A stretch of 64,000 nt of DNA. Source: an uncultured delta proteobacterium (GTDB lineage: Bacteria; Desulfobacterota; Binatia; UBA9968). The DNA is taken from NCBI GenBank assembly GCA_963771465.1, contig CAVYTU010000009.1, positions 64,001-128,000 on the forward strand, read 5' to 3'. The translations under genes were made by a program, and so were the position numbers. A model generated the notes under the pieces. The model saw only the letters and a program-made list of their open reading frames with translations. It searched no databases and was not told where the DNA came from. Numbering within the stretch: position 1 is the stretch's first letter; each line of letters begins with the position of its first letter. Shown here piece after piece: positions 34,601 through 44,734 of this stretch.

Positions 34601-35195
34601 CCAGAGTGCCGAATTGATCGGCTCGAAACTCCTCTTCTGTGAGGCCGGCGACGATAATCGGGGTTCGCGGAAACAGTTCACGCAGTAGCTGGCCGGGAGT
34701 TCCCAAGGTCCCGACGTAAACGAGGATCACGAGGTCGGGAGGATTTGCAGCGTATTTCCCAGTCAAATACTCTCTGAAAATTTTTCCATAATGTGCGCTC
34801 GGAAAGCGAGCCAGATCGAGATTCTCGGCGTAGGTTTCGACAGGGACCGATGGGATGTTCGCCAACGCCTGCAGCAACGGCTGATCGACGAGTATGAATC
34901 CCGGCGCAAGGCGGCTTCCCATCGAAATAATCAACACGCGCTTTGGCCGCAGCAATTCTGCGCCGCTCACCGTGGTTACGGAAGCGAAAGAAAAGAGAGC
35001 TGAGAGCGCTAGCCCGAGTAGTAGACTTAAACGTCTCACTTGGGTTCCTGGCAGAGCTAACTCTTTGGTGCGGTTACTCCGCCCAGATAAAAAATCACAT
35101 CCGGCCAGAAAAGCCAAGTGTTGACTACGCAATCTGACTATACACTTTATAATTGTTTTATTGACCGCCCGCTGGACCCGACAAAATGAGCGCAA
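31656..35195 (-). CDS. Membrane-anchored multi-PAS sigma54-dependent activator (intact paralogue)
   Basis: Signal/TM segment, extracytoplasmic domain, TM ([16 protein letters not shown]), 3 [25 protein letters not shown], Fis-type HTH. True start is probably downstream of 35195. Confidence 0.92.
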   Translation of the reverse strand: MRSFCRVQRAVNKTIIKCIVRLRSQHLAFLAGCDFLSGRSNRTKELALPGTQVRRLSLLLGLALSALFSFASVTTVSGAELLRPKRVLIISMGSRLAPGFILVDQPLLQALANIPSVPVETYAENLDLARFPSAHYGKIFREYLTGKYAANPPDLVILVYVGTLGTPGQLLRELFPRTPIIVAGLTEEEFRADQFGTLVSGVAQRINPRATLELILRLQPELRRVVVIGGTAEIDRQVLQRVKDAAQSIKGRVEIAFWDNLTMAELRQSVTMLPPGSAILFARMFLDAASQAFISSEVGQWIGRSANVPVYVMTDASFGTGAVGGSLASVEAFGKRAGEMARLILTGTLPVALPFEIRTDSVPTFDGRALKRWNISEGRLPANSVVRFRPESLWEQYRWYILGGLIILAQSAIIANLFLQRRRVSYVKTKLQESQQLMELATSGAELGLWSRDLRNGDLAANAPARSLFGFGPTDRLRYDEMLARVHPDDRTRMQSEIERTAAIGQPFQGEFRTVLPGGTERWVLAKGRTVVERGRHDGHRMGVLLDITERKRAEEALRETEGRLARTEEFSLVMVTHTDLEGRWLKVPPTLCKLLGYTERELLGRRFHELTHPDDLKGNVEQRLRVLRGEIKSFDIEKRYIRKDGGIVWVYVNVSIVTDAKDNPIHCLSYIRDITERKRAEEALRESEGLRRAIFESQPVCVKLVAPDYRLLDMNPAGLAMIEADCLRQVVGQSVMAIIVPEWHATYENLHRRVCRGESAVAQFEIIGLKGKRRWMESHAAPLRSKDGDIIALVAISHDISDRKRAEQDLEEALSEVKRLKEQLEVENVYLRSEVSGVHRYGEIIGASEGIQKVFEQVDRVAPTDMTVLILGETGTGKELVARLVHEKSARSERPLVKVNCSTLPAELIESELFGHERGAFTGAVSKQVGRFELADGGTIFLDEVGEVPLRLQSKLLRVLQEGEFERLGSGKTIKVDVRMIAATNRNLSEAAQRGRFRADLYYRLNVYPIELPPLRDRRGDIGLLSEVFLNEATRRLGKSFGKIPNEVIEALRAYSWPGNVRELENVISRAAVLSTAAALQLPEGWNKAPVTGLSSTPLKTIPEPLSLRSESPQSMPTLEQFERTRILEVLDQTNWRIEGPKGAAMILGLHPNTLRSRLRKLGITKAPKLRNSVETTK

Positions 35196-35524
35196 CCATA
35201 GGGACGGAGAAAAACGACGCAGTATTGTAGTCTCCTCCCTGTCTAAGTGATTCGTTGAGTTTGTCTCTTCCTACTCGATCCCCCAATTCAAAAGACTACT
35301 GGTTGTATCAGTGAGATTTGCCTGAGGCGTCTTTGAGTGCAATCGATTTGTCGCGTCTTACAATCTCACCCTCCTAGGCTCCATGATTTGTAAGCTTGCC
35401 ATGCGACGCCCATTGGTCAGTGGTCGGACATTTTTCCGACACGCTAGAGCAGCGGATTGGACTTGTTGAGTTACGGCTCGGTTAAGTCTCGGTTGCAGGC
35501 TCTGGCGTACTGGGAATGAATTCA

Positions 35525-35632
35525 GAGCGCAGCTTCGGTGGGGTACGAGCACGCCATGGAAGCGGATCAGATGTAACCGCCGACGGGGCGCCAGGGCGGC
35601 GAGCCGCTGCATGAATTCCAGCGGCTCCAGGT
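35525..35632 (-). mobile_element. IS91-family transposase C-terminal remnant
   Basis: LEPLEFMQRLAALAPRRRLHLIRFHGVL. Confidence 0.75.
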
Positions 35633-35717
35633 TCTCCAAATTCGTGCTCGCTGCAACTACGTAGGCTGGCATCAGCGTAGTCGGTCCGCGCTACCCTTAC
35701 CAACAGCTCATTTGGAA

Positions 35718-36245
35718 TCAATACGGCGGATTGACCACGACGTACTGCGATCCCTGGGGCTGATACCAGGTGCTTCCGCATTGTTGATAGACCATGCCAC
35801 CATAGTTCACCGGCACGCAGCTTGGCGGCACGCTTCGCACCATCGAGCCGACGACGGCGGAAGTCACGGCGACGGCAGTGCCAACCGCCGCTGCAGCCGC
35901 GACCGGATGGTAGTCATTGTCCCAGCCGCCACAGCAACCGCCATGACCTTCGACATTGACGTTGACGTCGCGGTCGACGTTGACGTTATTGACGCTAGTG
36001 CTGCGGACATTGTTGGTACGGGCATCAGCCTTGCTGTTGTCGACCTGCGCACTCTGCCTGGTGGCGCCGCCACCGGCGCCTGCGGCGCGAGCACCGCCAC
36101 CACCGCCGCCTGCGGCGCGAGCACCACCACCCCCACCGCCGCCGCCCCGAGCCGCGGCGGCATCAGCGTAAGGGGCTATGGCGAAGCTGGCGAGAACGAG
36201 AGCGGCCAACGAGGCCGGAAGCAACTTACCGAATGATCTCTTCAT
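35718..36245 (-). CDS. Secreted Gly-rich hypothetical protein
   Basis: Signal peptide, GGGGARAA repeats, NVNV repeats, C-terminal C...YQQCGSTWYQP. Confidence 0.8.
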   Translation of the reverse strand: MKRSFGKLLPASLAALVLASFAIAPYADAAAARGGGGGGGGARAAGGGGGGARAAGAGGGATRQSAQVDNSKADARTNNVRSTSVNNVNVDRDVNVNVEGHGGCCGGWDNDYHPVAAAAAVGTAVAVTSAVVGSMVRSVPPSCVPVNYGGMVYQQCGSTWYQPQGSQYVVVNPPY

Positions 36246-36257
36246 GTTGGCGCTCCT

Positions 36258-37007
36258 CTACTTTGTTTTCACCGGAACAATCTCGATCCTGGACGCACCC
36301 TTGGGCGGCGTGAACTTGAAAACCGTGTCCTTGAAGGTAGGTTTCAAATTCCAGTCGATCAGGGAAACCGACTGCGGGCGCGCTTCGTCGGTGCGACTGG
36401 TGATCACGACCTTGCGTGGCAGCGGCCTGCTCCCGGTGGTAATCCAGATCTGCCAGTCGGCCTTGGCCTGCCGGAAGGCGTAGTGGTCACAGAGATCGTC
36501 GCCGACGAAATCCTGGCCGGCATTCATTGCCGATTCGATCTTGTCGACTGGCGCGGCTGGGGTACCCCAGAGGAAGAGATCCGCCAACGGGAGTTCCACA
36601 CCGTACCTTTCCTCCAGCCGCTCGATCAGTTTGCCGATCGTGTCGGTGAATTCGACCGTCGAGTAATACTTTTGCGCCGGCGTATAGAGTGTGACCGTCT
36701 TGCCGTCGTAGACGAGCTCGCGTTCGGAACGGGCGCTATGCATCAGGGCGCGGATCTTGTTCGGACGCTCGACATCCATATCGGCCGTCGCCGTATGCTG
36801 CAGCTTTTGGCCATCGGCCAGAACGCGCTCACCGGTTAGTTCGGTCGACACCCGAAAGCGCTTCAGTGTCTGAAAGAACGCACCCATGTCCTTGAGGGCC
36901 TGAATCGACGCCGGATCGACAGCACTCGCCGGCGCAGTCTGCGCATAGGTGCTCGGTGTCGCAAGCGACATTGCCAGCACGCTGAGCACCAGAATCTTTC
37001 GTACCAT
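36258..37007 (-). CDS. DUF2092-family periplasmic protein (LolA-like)
   Basis: DGQKLQ...RPNKIR...YDGKTVTLY...LPLADL...CDHYAFRQ..DWQIWI...LPRK. Confidence 0.85.
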   Translation of the reverse strand: MVRKILVLSVLAMSLATPSTYAQTAPASAVDPASIQALKDMGAFFQTLKRFRVSTELTGERVLADGQKLQHTATADMDVERPNKIRALMHSARSERELVYDGKTVTLYTPAQKYYSTVEFTDTIGKLIERLEERYGVELPLADLFLWGTPAAPVDKIESAMNAGQDFVGDDLCDHYAFRQAKADWQIWITTGSRPLPRKVVITSRTDEARPQSVSLIDWNLKPTFKDTVFKFTPPKGASRIEIVPVKTK

Positions 37008-37205
37008 GGTTATCTCCCGGGTTGAGAAAACTTTATGTATAGGAAATTTAAACCACCTTTTTTCTGGCCGGAGTAAATATAATCTGATCCGCCTTGAGAT
37101 AGTTGATCAGCATTCCGACCGGAGCGGCCCGATGCGGGCCATGAGGCCTGGCGCGGGGCAGCGGAAAATGCCACGCGACGATACTAAAGACAAAATCGAA
37201 ATGGT

Positions 37206-37244
37206 ATCAGGGTAGCCCTGATTTTCTGTGTCGAGTCTCCCGAT
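37206..37244 (-). promoter_or_regulatory. 17-bp operator plus secondary site upstream of the DUF2092 operon
   Basis: Perfect ATCAGGG-TAG-CCCTGAT and GTGTCGAGTCTCCCGAT, 22 bp apart. Confidence 0.7.
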
Positions 37245-37555
37245 GAAAGTTTAGGGGCATGGGAAACGCAAGCTCGTCAAGAACTGACGCTGACCGAAGC
37301 GTTCAACAACCAAACCGCCCAGCTTGGCGCCGACCACCAGAACCGCAAGTCCGAACAGCACGGGCGCCTATTGGGAAGCCCCGGTAGATTCACCGCTGGC
37401 CGCTGGTCGGATCAGATCGGGCCACGGCAGGAACTCCTTTCTTTGGGTTAGGTTTTGGCTCCCGTCCTGCGGCCCCGGGTGGGATAAGCTCAACCAGTTA
37501 TTGGATAGCCCACAACGCTTTCAAACAGTCTAACGAATCGAGGCCGGACCGACTC

Positions 37556-37680
37556 GCCGAGACTAAGGGAAAGCGTATCAAGGATCAGTAGAGCCCCGGT
37601 GTTCAGCAAAGAGTGAGTCCGTTAAACTTGGAACCATGAGTTATAAAGATAGATCAGAAAAAAAGGTTGTTTAAATTTCC
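37556..37680 (+). promoter_or_regulatory. Promoter region homologous to 12361-12461, containing an operator pair
   Basis: GCCGAGACTAAGGGAAAGCGTATCAAGGATCAGTAGAGCCCCGGT...GATAGATCAGAAAAAAAGGTTGTTTAAAT aligns with 12361-12461. Confidence 0.7.
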
Positions 37681-37700
37681 CAGCGAAAGGAGACTGCACG

Positions 37701-38256
37701 ATGTCCAAATGGAGATTCCCCCAGTAGACCACGATGACGTTCATCGCCATGATGTTGCTTGCCGGTTGCGTCTCGCAACAAAAAGTATGACTCGCTGGAC
37801 GCAGAATATCAGCAACTCAACCATACAATGTCGGCGGAGGTCGCCACCAACCAGATGCAGATCACGCGATTGCAAAACGCCGTTAAGGTCACGGTCAACA
37901 GTGAGCTGCTGTTTCCCTCGGGCGACTGGCAAATGTCGGTTGAAGCGCAGCAGACCATCGGCAAAATCGTTCCGATCCTAGCCCCCAACCAGCAAACCAA
38001 GATTAAGGTGAACGGCTATACCGACAATGTCCCGATCGGCCCGGGGCTCATGCGCGAGGGCATCACCAGCAATCAGGTGCTGTCCCAGAAGCGGGCCGAC
38101 AACGTGATGCAGTTCATGATCTCGCGGGGCGTCAACCCCAGCCTGGTGTCCGCGCAGGGTTTAGGCGAGACAGACCCCATGGCCTCGAACGACACGCCGG
38201 AGGGCCGGGCGAAGAACCGGCGGGTGGAACTGACCGTGGCTGGTTCGGGCAACTGA
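37701..38256 (+). pseudogene. OmpA/MotB-family lipoprotein with a damaged 5' end
   Basis: MSKWRFPQ*...MLLAGCVSQQK, then an A-run frameshift; LLFPSG...GYTDNVP...LSQKRA...NRRVEL intact. Confidence 0.8.
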
Positions 38257-38444
38257 GCTAGGCGGCCTTGGCTGGTCGCCGCGAGCAGCCGTCAATCAGG
38301 CCTCACAGGAGCAAACGTCCTCATCCCGAGTTCGGCATGACTCTGCATCTGGTCACGCACGCTATGGAGGGAGTGCTGTGAAGATTATCAGCTTGCCGCT
38401 GTTGTTCGTGCCGGTGGCCGTGGCCTTGGAACATCTGGCATCCG
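38203..38444 (+). repeat. ~240-bp direct repeat, copy 1 (ompA/motB 3' end, spacer, 5' stub of a Ca2+/H+ antiporter-like gene)
   Basis: Aligns by eye at roughly 90% identity to 44004-44243. Confidence 0.92.
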
Positions 38445-38445
38445 G

Positions 38446-38960
38446 CTAGCATCTGGGGGTCTTACGCCAAACTGGCGAGCAAACCACTTCCACAACCATG
38501 ACAATGGGAATTGTGGCTTTGGCTGAGCGTACATCTCCCACACTGGTCACAACGATAACATTTACTTTGAGACGCACCAGCTCAGTCGCGAGCGCGGGAA
38601 GGCGATCGACTTTTCCCTCATGACGTCGCCATTCAATGACAATGTTTTTCCCCTCGACGTATCCAAGCTCGCGCAGACCCTGGCGGAATGCCTCTGTGCG
38701 CGCCGACACGGAAGTGGAACCTAGATATCCTATCCGGCGGATTTTCGTCGGCTGCTGCGCCCAAACTGGAAGGCAAAAGGCAGAGAACAACGGGGCAAGC
38801 GCAAAGTTAATGACTGTCTTTCGCATAGGTTTTCTACGTGCTTGTGCTCTTTGCTATTTGATCACCTTATCTGCCCTTGCCAGAACGTTCGGCGGGATTG
38901 TGAGACCGATCTGCTTGGCTGCCATCAGATTGATGATGAAGTCAAACTTTTCGGCTGCTT
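38446..38960 (-). pseudogene. Fragments of two tandem ABC_sub_bind-type substrate-binding protein genes
   Basis: C-terminal KFDFIINL.AAKQIGLTIPPNVLARADKVIK, then N-terminal AFRQGLRELGYVEGKNIVIEWR, truncated. Confidence 0.8.
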
Positions 38961-39276
38961 GACGGGTAAAGCCGCGCGTAGACAGTATGGGGAAGTTATC
39001 CCGGTAATCGAATTTACTATTCATGCGGCGTGGTTTGCAACATGTGGGACGTAGGGTTAGACACTTACGATGGGGGTGGTGACTCATTTTGAATGCATTG
39101 AAATAGAATCCGCCGGAATGCAACACGCAACCAGCAAAGCTTCCATTATTCAGCAATCACGTTTGGTCGGTCGAGGAAATCGCGGATTTATTAAATTGAA
39201 AATAAGTCACTACATACGATGGACTTAGGGAGTAGCAGCATATATTCTTTGTGTATTTGGCTAAGAGGCACAAATA

Positions 39277-39873
39277 GTGCCCACAATGCCTAATGCACAA
39301 TCAATAGCAACCCTGCTTAAGGGGGCGGGTCTCGCCACGATCCCTAACCTGCTGTCCTTCGCCCGGATCGTCGGGGTAACCTTAGCGGTCATTCTCTACT
39401 TGGGAGGACACGGTTGGGTGGCAGTGGCGATCGGCACCGTCGCCGGCGTGACCGACCACCTCGATGGCTACCTAGCGCGACGGCTTAAGCAAGAGACTGC
39501 CCTCGGAGCCATGCTGGACCAGGTCGCTGACAGTTTCACAACGGCGATCCTGCTCGCCATGCTCGTCGTCACGGGCGGTATCCCGTTCGCCTATCTGGTA
39601 ATCTTCCTGTTAAGGGAGTTCTGGGTTGGCACCGTGAGGCGGTACGGCGCAACGGTGGGCATCGAAATCCCCTCGATCGCGCTGGGCAAGATGGCGACCG
39701 CGGTGATTGACTGGGCCATTCTGACGGTGGCGATCATTATCCTGCCCGATATGCCCGCGCGAGTCGTGACACCGGTGCACTGGATAGGACTTGTGGGCCT
39801 GGGCGTGGGTTTGGCCATCAGTTGCCTGACGGGCTGGCGCTATACAATAACTTTGGGGGCTAAGATAGTGTGA
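39277..39873 (+). CDS. CDP-alcohol phosphatidyltransferase (PgsA-like)
   Basis: TIPNLLSFARI; DHLDGYLARR...GAMLDQVAD signature; LLREFWV. Confidence 0.92.
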   Translation: MPTMPNAQSIATLLKGAGLATIPNLLSFARIVGVTLAVILYLGGHGWVAVAIGTVAGVTDHLDGYLARRLKQETALGAMLDQVADSFTTAILLAMLVVTGGIPFAYLVIFLLREFWVGTVRRYGATVGIEIPSIALGKMATAVIDWAILTVAIIILPDMPARVVTPVHWIGLVGLGVGLAISCLTGWRYTITLGAKIV

Positions 39874-41045
39874 AACCGATATCCACAAATACTACACGGC
39901 GCGGCGCCGAAATTCTGCTCTGCCCAGGTCCTGTCATGCTATCCCCTGGCGTCAAGGCAGCACTTGCCGACTGCGAGATAGGACACCGCGATACGCGCTT
40001 CTCGCAGCTGGTTACGCGGGTGCGGTGCAATAGCCGCCACGTCTTCCGCTCTGGAGATGAGCACAGCGTCCTTTTCATCGGCGGACCCGCGACGGCTGCA
40101 ATTGAAGCGGTGTGCGCCTCGCTCGTGCCACCGGATGCCAGGGTGCTTGTCCCCGTCAACGGGTCATTCGGAGCCCGTATCGCGGAGATCCTGAATGTTT
40201 ACCAGATCCCCCACACAGCGATCGATTTCGGGTTCGGTAAGCCTTTCGATCTGGATCGCATCAAGGCGGTCATTGCGAAAGAGCGCCAGTGCGGGTTCAC
40301 TGCAGTGGCGATGACCCACCATGAAACGTCAGCGGGCCTGCTCAACCCGGTGGCGGCTGTCGGTGCCCTGGCGCGGCAGCACGGCCTGAAACTGATCGTC
40401 GACGCCACGTCGAGCGCAGGCGTCGAGGACCTGGATGTAACGCGCGATGGGATCGACGCGTGCGTTACGACCTCCGGAAAATGCCTGCATGCAGCGCCGG
40501 GGCTCAGCCTTGTCTGCGTGCGACGCGACCTGCTTGAAATGGCCAGGCTAATCCGCCCGCGCAGTTATGCGTTGGACCTGCATCGTTTCCATGACCAGAT
40601 GGAATTCAACCGCCAGACGCCCTTCACAGCCTCTGTGCCCTTGTTCCTTGCGCTCGACCGCGCGCTTGAAGAACTTCTCGATCGGGGCATCGATGAACGA
40701 CGACGCGTCTACTGGCGACGCCGCGAAATACTGGCGGCAGGAATGGTACGGCTGGGGTTACCTCTGCTGCCGTTGCCACCGGGGAGTGAAGCCGCTTCGA
40801 TTCTGACGGTCGGCGTTCCGGAAACACTCGGCTTCGACGCGCTTTACGCGGCCGTCAAGGATCGTGGCTACCTCATCTATGCCTGCAAGCCGCCGCTGGC
40901 GCCGAATTATTTCCAAATCGCGGTGATGGGAGAATTGGCGGACGATGAGCTCCATGAATTTCTCGAGATTTTGCAGTCGTTGATGACCACAGTGCCGGCG
41001 CGTTGCCTCCCTCTGCTAGATTACCCCGCGGGTGATCAAAATTGA
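39870..41045 (+). CDS. Class V PLP-dependent enzyme (PhnW / serine-pyruvate aminotransferase-like)
   Basis: LLCPGPV, HHETSAGLLNP, DATSS, SGKCL (PLP lysine), QTPFT; overlaps both neighbours by 4 nt. Confidence 0.9.
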   Translation: MKPISTNTTRRGAEILLCPGPVMLSPGVKAALADCEIGHRDTRFSQLVTRVRCNSRHVFRSGDEHSVLFIGGPATAAIEAVCASLVPPDARVLVPVNGSFGARIAEILNVYQIPHTAIDFGFGKPFDLDRIKAVIAKERQCGFTAVAMTHHETSAGLLNPVAAVGALARQHGLKLIVDATSSAGVEDLDVTRDGIDACVTTSGKCLHAAPGLSLVCVRRDLLEMARLIRPRSYALDLHRFHDQMEFNRQTPFTASVPLFLALDRALEELLDRGIDERRRVYWRRREILAAGMVRLGLPLLPLPPGSEAASILTVGVPETLGFDALYAAVKDRGYLIYACKPPLAPNYFQIAVMGELADDELHEFLEILQSLMTTVPARCLPLLDYPAGDQN

Positions 41046-41539
41046 CAGGAAAAGAAGTGTCACCTGCCGTCAACACGGGGGTATTCCGCAGCTGGCGCCA
41101 TTTTCTCGCGTTCGGTCTCGGTAGCGGACTGGCCAGGTTTGCGCCGGGCACGTTCGGCACCCTCGTTGCAATCGCCTTCTATCTTCTCCTGAGCCCGCTG
41201 CCGCACTGGCTCTATGCAATCTGCGTGTTTTGCGCCTTTGCCTTTGGTGTCTGGCTTTGTCAAAGCGTCACGCACGACCTCGGTGTGCACGACCATGGCG
41301 GCATCGTGTGGGACGAGTTCGTCGGTTACTGGATCACGATGTTCCTCGTGCCCGTTAGCTGGGGCACGGTCCTGGCCGGCTTTGCGCTGTTTCGCCTGCT
41401 CGACATCTGGAAACCATGGCCGATTTGCTGGATCGACAAGCACGTGCAAGGCGGCTTCGGCATCATGCTGGATGATGTGATTGCCGGCGCGGCCGCCTGT
41501 ATTATCCTCCACTCCCTTCGCGCGGGCGCCGGTTTTTGA
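41042..41539 (+). CDS. pgpA: Phosphatidylglycerophosphatase A family protein
   Basis: GSGL...APGTFGT, HDHGGIVWDEFVG, FRLLDIWKPWPI, GIMLDDVIAG. Confidence 0.93.
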   Translation: MTGKEVSPAVNTGVFRSWRHFLAFGLGSGLARFAPGTFGTLVAIAFYLLLSPLPHWLYAICVFCAFAFGVWLCQSVTHDLGVHDHGGIVWDEFVGYWITMFLVPVSWGTVLAGFALFRLLDIWKPWPICWIDKHVQGGFGIMLDDVIAGAAACIILHSLRAGAGF

Positions 41540-41981
41540 ACCATCGGCCGTTGTCGTTCCCGAAATCAAGCCAACGTGCAGTTACTGCTGAACGGTGTGA
41601 GAGATACGTTCGTGACAGAGCCGAGTTTCCGTGTCTCGTATAGTGAACACATTGGTCTCAGAACGCTATTCAAGTCTACTATCAGCGATGGTGTCGACAA
41701 GGGGTTGTAACGACCGATGTTAGTCTGCGACTCTGGCTGTTTTTCTATTGGGAGCTGGCCACATGCATTAATCCATGATAGACGTAGCAGATGACAAGGG
41801 GCTGGCGCGCGGGGTTATTCCGTGCGCTGAAAATTATGGTACACTACCCAGGTAGCCAGAGGCTAACTGCCATGAAAATCGAGTACTTAAAAACACAGAT
41901 AGTTACTGTAGTGACCATCGCATTGGCTGCGTTTTTCTTATTGCTCGCTTCTAAATGGTTATGGCGGCCAGGTAGCACACG

Positions 41982-42896
41982 TTGATGAGGCGTGTTTTCA
42001 ACATAAGCATCTCCTACACTGGAGGGCTACTTCTGCTTATCGTGCTGTTACCTTCTTGTGCAACAACGCAACTTCATTCAACACCACCCGTGCACTACGA
42101 TCAGAATTCAAGCATTCCGTATCATGCTGACCAGCATTCCGATGAACATGGTCTCAGGGTCATGACACTGAACGTAGCCCACGGGCGAGGGACCAGTTTT
42201 CATCAATTGCTGCAGCATTCAGCCAAGATTGTGAAAAACCTAGATCGTATAAACGAACTAATGAACCAGGCAGCACCGGATATCGTTGCTTTTCAGGAGA
42301 TCGATGCGCCTTCGTTCTGGAGTGGCAATTTCAACCACGTGGGATATCTTGCAAGTCACAGCATGTTTACCCGTTCGATTCAGGCGTCACACGTTAATGC
42401 GATGAGACTTTCCTATGGTACAGCACTGATATCAAGACAGGAGATGTCGAATCCGCAGGCGGTTACATTTAACCCCTCACTTACACTGGTACCCACGGGT
42501 TTTGTGGTATCGACCATTAGTTGGCCGGGAAGGGACAGTATCGACATTGATGTAGTTTCTGTTCATCTGGATTTCATGAGTGGTTGGGTCAGGAAAAAAC
42601 AGGCAGACGAACTGATTGCAGTTTTACGTGCCAGAAACAATCACGTGATTATCATGGGCGACCTGAACTCAGGATGGCTGCCGCAGGACTCGGCAGCACA
42701 GTACCTGGTTGAGAAACTTGGGCTGAAGGCGTACCAGCCGGAAAACCGCAATCTGATCACTTTTCCCCTGCTTGGCAGACGCCTGGACTGGGTCCTGATA
42801 TCGGCCGGTCTTGAGTTTTCTTCCTATGAAGTTATCGGAACCGATATTTCCGATCATCGTGGTGTACTTGCCGAGCTTACGCTTTCTGGCGGGTAA
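41982..42896 (+). CDS. Endonuclease/exonuclease/phosphatase-family lipoprotein
   Basis: LPSC lipobox, MTLNVAH, FQEID, VHLD, MGDLN, LDWV, SDH. Confidence 0.88.
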   Translation: MMRRVFNISISYTGGLLLLIVLLPSCATTQLHSTPPVHYDQNSSIPYHADQHSDEHGLRVMTLNVAHGRGTSFHQLLQHSAKIVKNLDRINELMNQAAPDIVAFQEIDAPSFWSGNFNHVGYLASHSMFTRSIQASHVNAMRLSYGTALISRQEMSNPQAVTFNPSLTLVPTGFVVSTISWPGRDSIDIDVVSVHLDFMSGWVRKKQADELIAVLRARNNHVIIMGDLNSGWLPQDSAAQYLVEKLGLKAYQPENRNLITFPLLGRRLDWVLISAGLEFSSYEVIGTDISDHRGVLAELTLSGG

Positions 42897-43141
42897 ATAA
42901 TGGTGGTGGAGTCGCCAGTGTATGGCGACATTTCGCTCTAATCGCCTCACTTGTGTGCTGGTATGATGCAAAAACCGGATTGACCGTCCTGTCGTGCAGG
43001 CGATCCGGTTCGGCCACCGAGTTGGTGGGTATGTCGCGGCACAGTTTGTCCACCTGCAGGACAAGGCACTGTGTGTAGAGCGGGTTTTTTTGCCAGCCCG
43101 ATACCACGCGACAGGGTCAGCTCACATAAAGAATCCAAATT

Positions 43142-43864
43142 TCACTGTTCAGAATAAAAAACAATCTTTTTAATAAAGGCGGCGGCGCCACCTTTTGTGT
43201 CGTCGGTGTTCATTTCAAACGCAAAGCCTGTGATGGGCGGCGTCTTTTCCTGTTTGAAAACATCTTTAAATCGATTGTTGACTTCAAATTTGGTGACAAT
43301 GGTTTGCCCCATAGGCGCGCCATTGGATACACAAAAGTAGCGCCCACCTTCCTGGTATAAAGCACCGAGGTACATTCTATTAACCTGTTCTTTCTCGCCG
43401 ATGAACGCACTAAGGAAGTACGGAGCGGCCTTGATGCCAAAAGGCAAGCCGCTACTCAACTTCTTGTCGCCAAAACTGAAAATGACGCCAATCGGCACCC
43501 GTTTATTTCCTTGTGCCCAGTCTGCACCGATGGGAAAGCGGTTTACACCCCATTCAATAACAACATGATTTACGTCGCGAACGTAATTTGGCTTGCCAAA
43601 CTTTAATCCGAACATGGCTGTCAAACCTTCGTTCGTGCTGATGCGCAGCCCCTCATTCTCAAACTTCAAATGCAATCTCTTTGCATCGAGAAAATCATCG
43701 AATCCCTGCTTCTTAAGCCATGTGAATGCATCGATATTCTCTTTCTGGCCGAAATCCATGGTGTATAGAGCCTTGGGTTCGGCGCCCGCGGATATTATCT
43801 CACCCATGATTATGGCGATTCCAAGTATCGCAGCACATAGGCACTTCTTGGAATTTGTCTTCAC
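43142..43864 (-). CDS. Secreted hypothetical protein
   Basis: 240-aa ORF with signal peptide; lower GC than its flanks. Confidence 0.7.
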   Translation of the reverse strand: MKTNSKKCLCAAILGIAIIMGEIISAGAEPKALYTMDFGQKENIDAFTWLKKQGFDDFLDAKRLHLKFENEGLRISTNEGLTAMFGLKFGKPNYVRDVNHVVIEWGVNRFPIGADWAQGNKRVPIGVIFSFGDKKLSSGLPFGIKAAPYFLSAFIGEKEQVNRMYLGALYQEGGRYFCVSNGAPMGQTIVTKFEVNNRFKDVFKQEKTPPITGFAFEMNTDDTKGGAAAFIKKIVFYSEQ

Positions 43865-44003
43865 GCCATCTGTCCCTTATCGGTTATTGGTCATGACAAG
43901 CACTGAAAAGTATATATCCCTTTGTATCTGCAAGGGAAGCTGCCGACAATTCACCTTTGGTTTCCCATTCTTGCCATGCAATAGAGCACTTCACTTACAG
44001 GAC

Positions 44004-44243
44004 GGCCGGGCGAAGAACCGGCGCGTGGAACTGACGGTGGCTGGTTCGGGCAACTGAATCAGGCGGCCTTGGCTGGTCGCCGCGAGCAGCTCAATCCGGC
44101 CTCACAGGAGAAAACGTCCTCATCCTGAGCTCGGCATGACCCTGCATCTGGTCACGCACGCTATGGAAGGAGTCCTGTGAAGATTATCAGCTTAGCGCTG
44201 TTGTTCGTGCCGGTGGCCGTGGCCCCGGAACATCTGGCATCCG
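44004..44243 (+). repeat. ~240-bp direct repeat, copy 2
   Basis: Matches 38203-38444; similarity ends at ...GAACATCTGGCATCCG. Confidence 0.92.
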
Positions 44244-44548
44244 AAGTTGTCAATCAATTTTCGTTCGCGTTCATCCCAATATACCTGGTCAGTATATATA
44301 GTGCCAATATACCTGCACAGAACAGGTTAATTCATTACCGATGAGCCGGACTACGAACCACTCTATTTTGTCGTAGGATTGAACTGAACGACGCTTCAAT
44401 TTCATCTCACAGGATTTGTATGGAAGATAACGTTCAACTATAAGGTGAGCGTATCGGGTGAGCGCCGCCAGCGTTCCAGAAGTCGTGGGATGGGAAGCGG
44501 CATCACCGCGCACATTAGGTTAACAGTGATTCGACGAAGTCTGCAAAG

Positions 44549-44734
44549 ATGAGACTAATCGGAAAAGTTTGTCCACGTTGCGGAAAGCCTGGATCGGTGC
44601 TCTATATGACGAAAGAGCGAATTGTCTATCAGTGTCCAAGCGAACATCAGTACGAAACTAGGTTCAGCAAATTCAGTATCGCTACACCGCAACCTGCTTC
44701 TCAAGAAAACAAACCAGATCGTATCTTGACATAG
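44549..44734 (+). CDS. Small Zn-ribbon-like hypothetical protein
   Basis: CPRC...CPSEH. Confidence 0.4.
   Translation: MRLIGKVCPRCGKPGSVLYMTKERIVYQCPSEHQYETRFSKFSIATPQPASQENKPDRILT

Noticed and set aside
35287-35326. Possible operator pair upstream of the intact sigma54 activator
   Set aside because: Only one half-site (CCTGAG) matches; too weak to count.
36060-36160. Tandem GC-rich repeats, considered as a CRISPR or VNTR
   Set aside because: They encode GGGGARAA repeats inside a CDS; there are no unique spacers or cas genes.
39870-41045. Calling the gene phnW (phosphonate catabolism)
   Set aside because: No phnX/phnA or phosphonate transport or biosynthesis genes are in the window, several PhnW motifs diverge, and the context is lipid synthesis.
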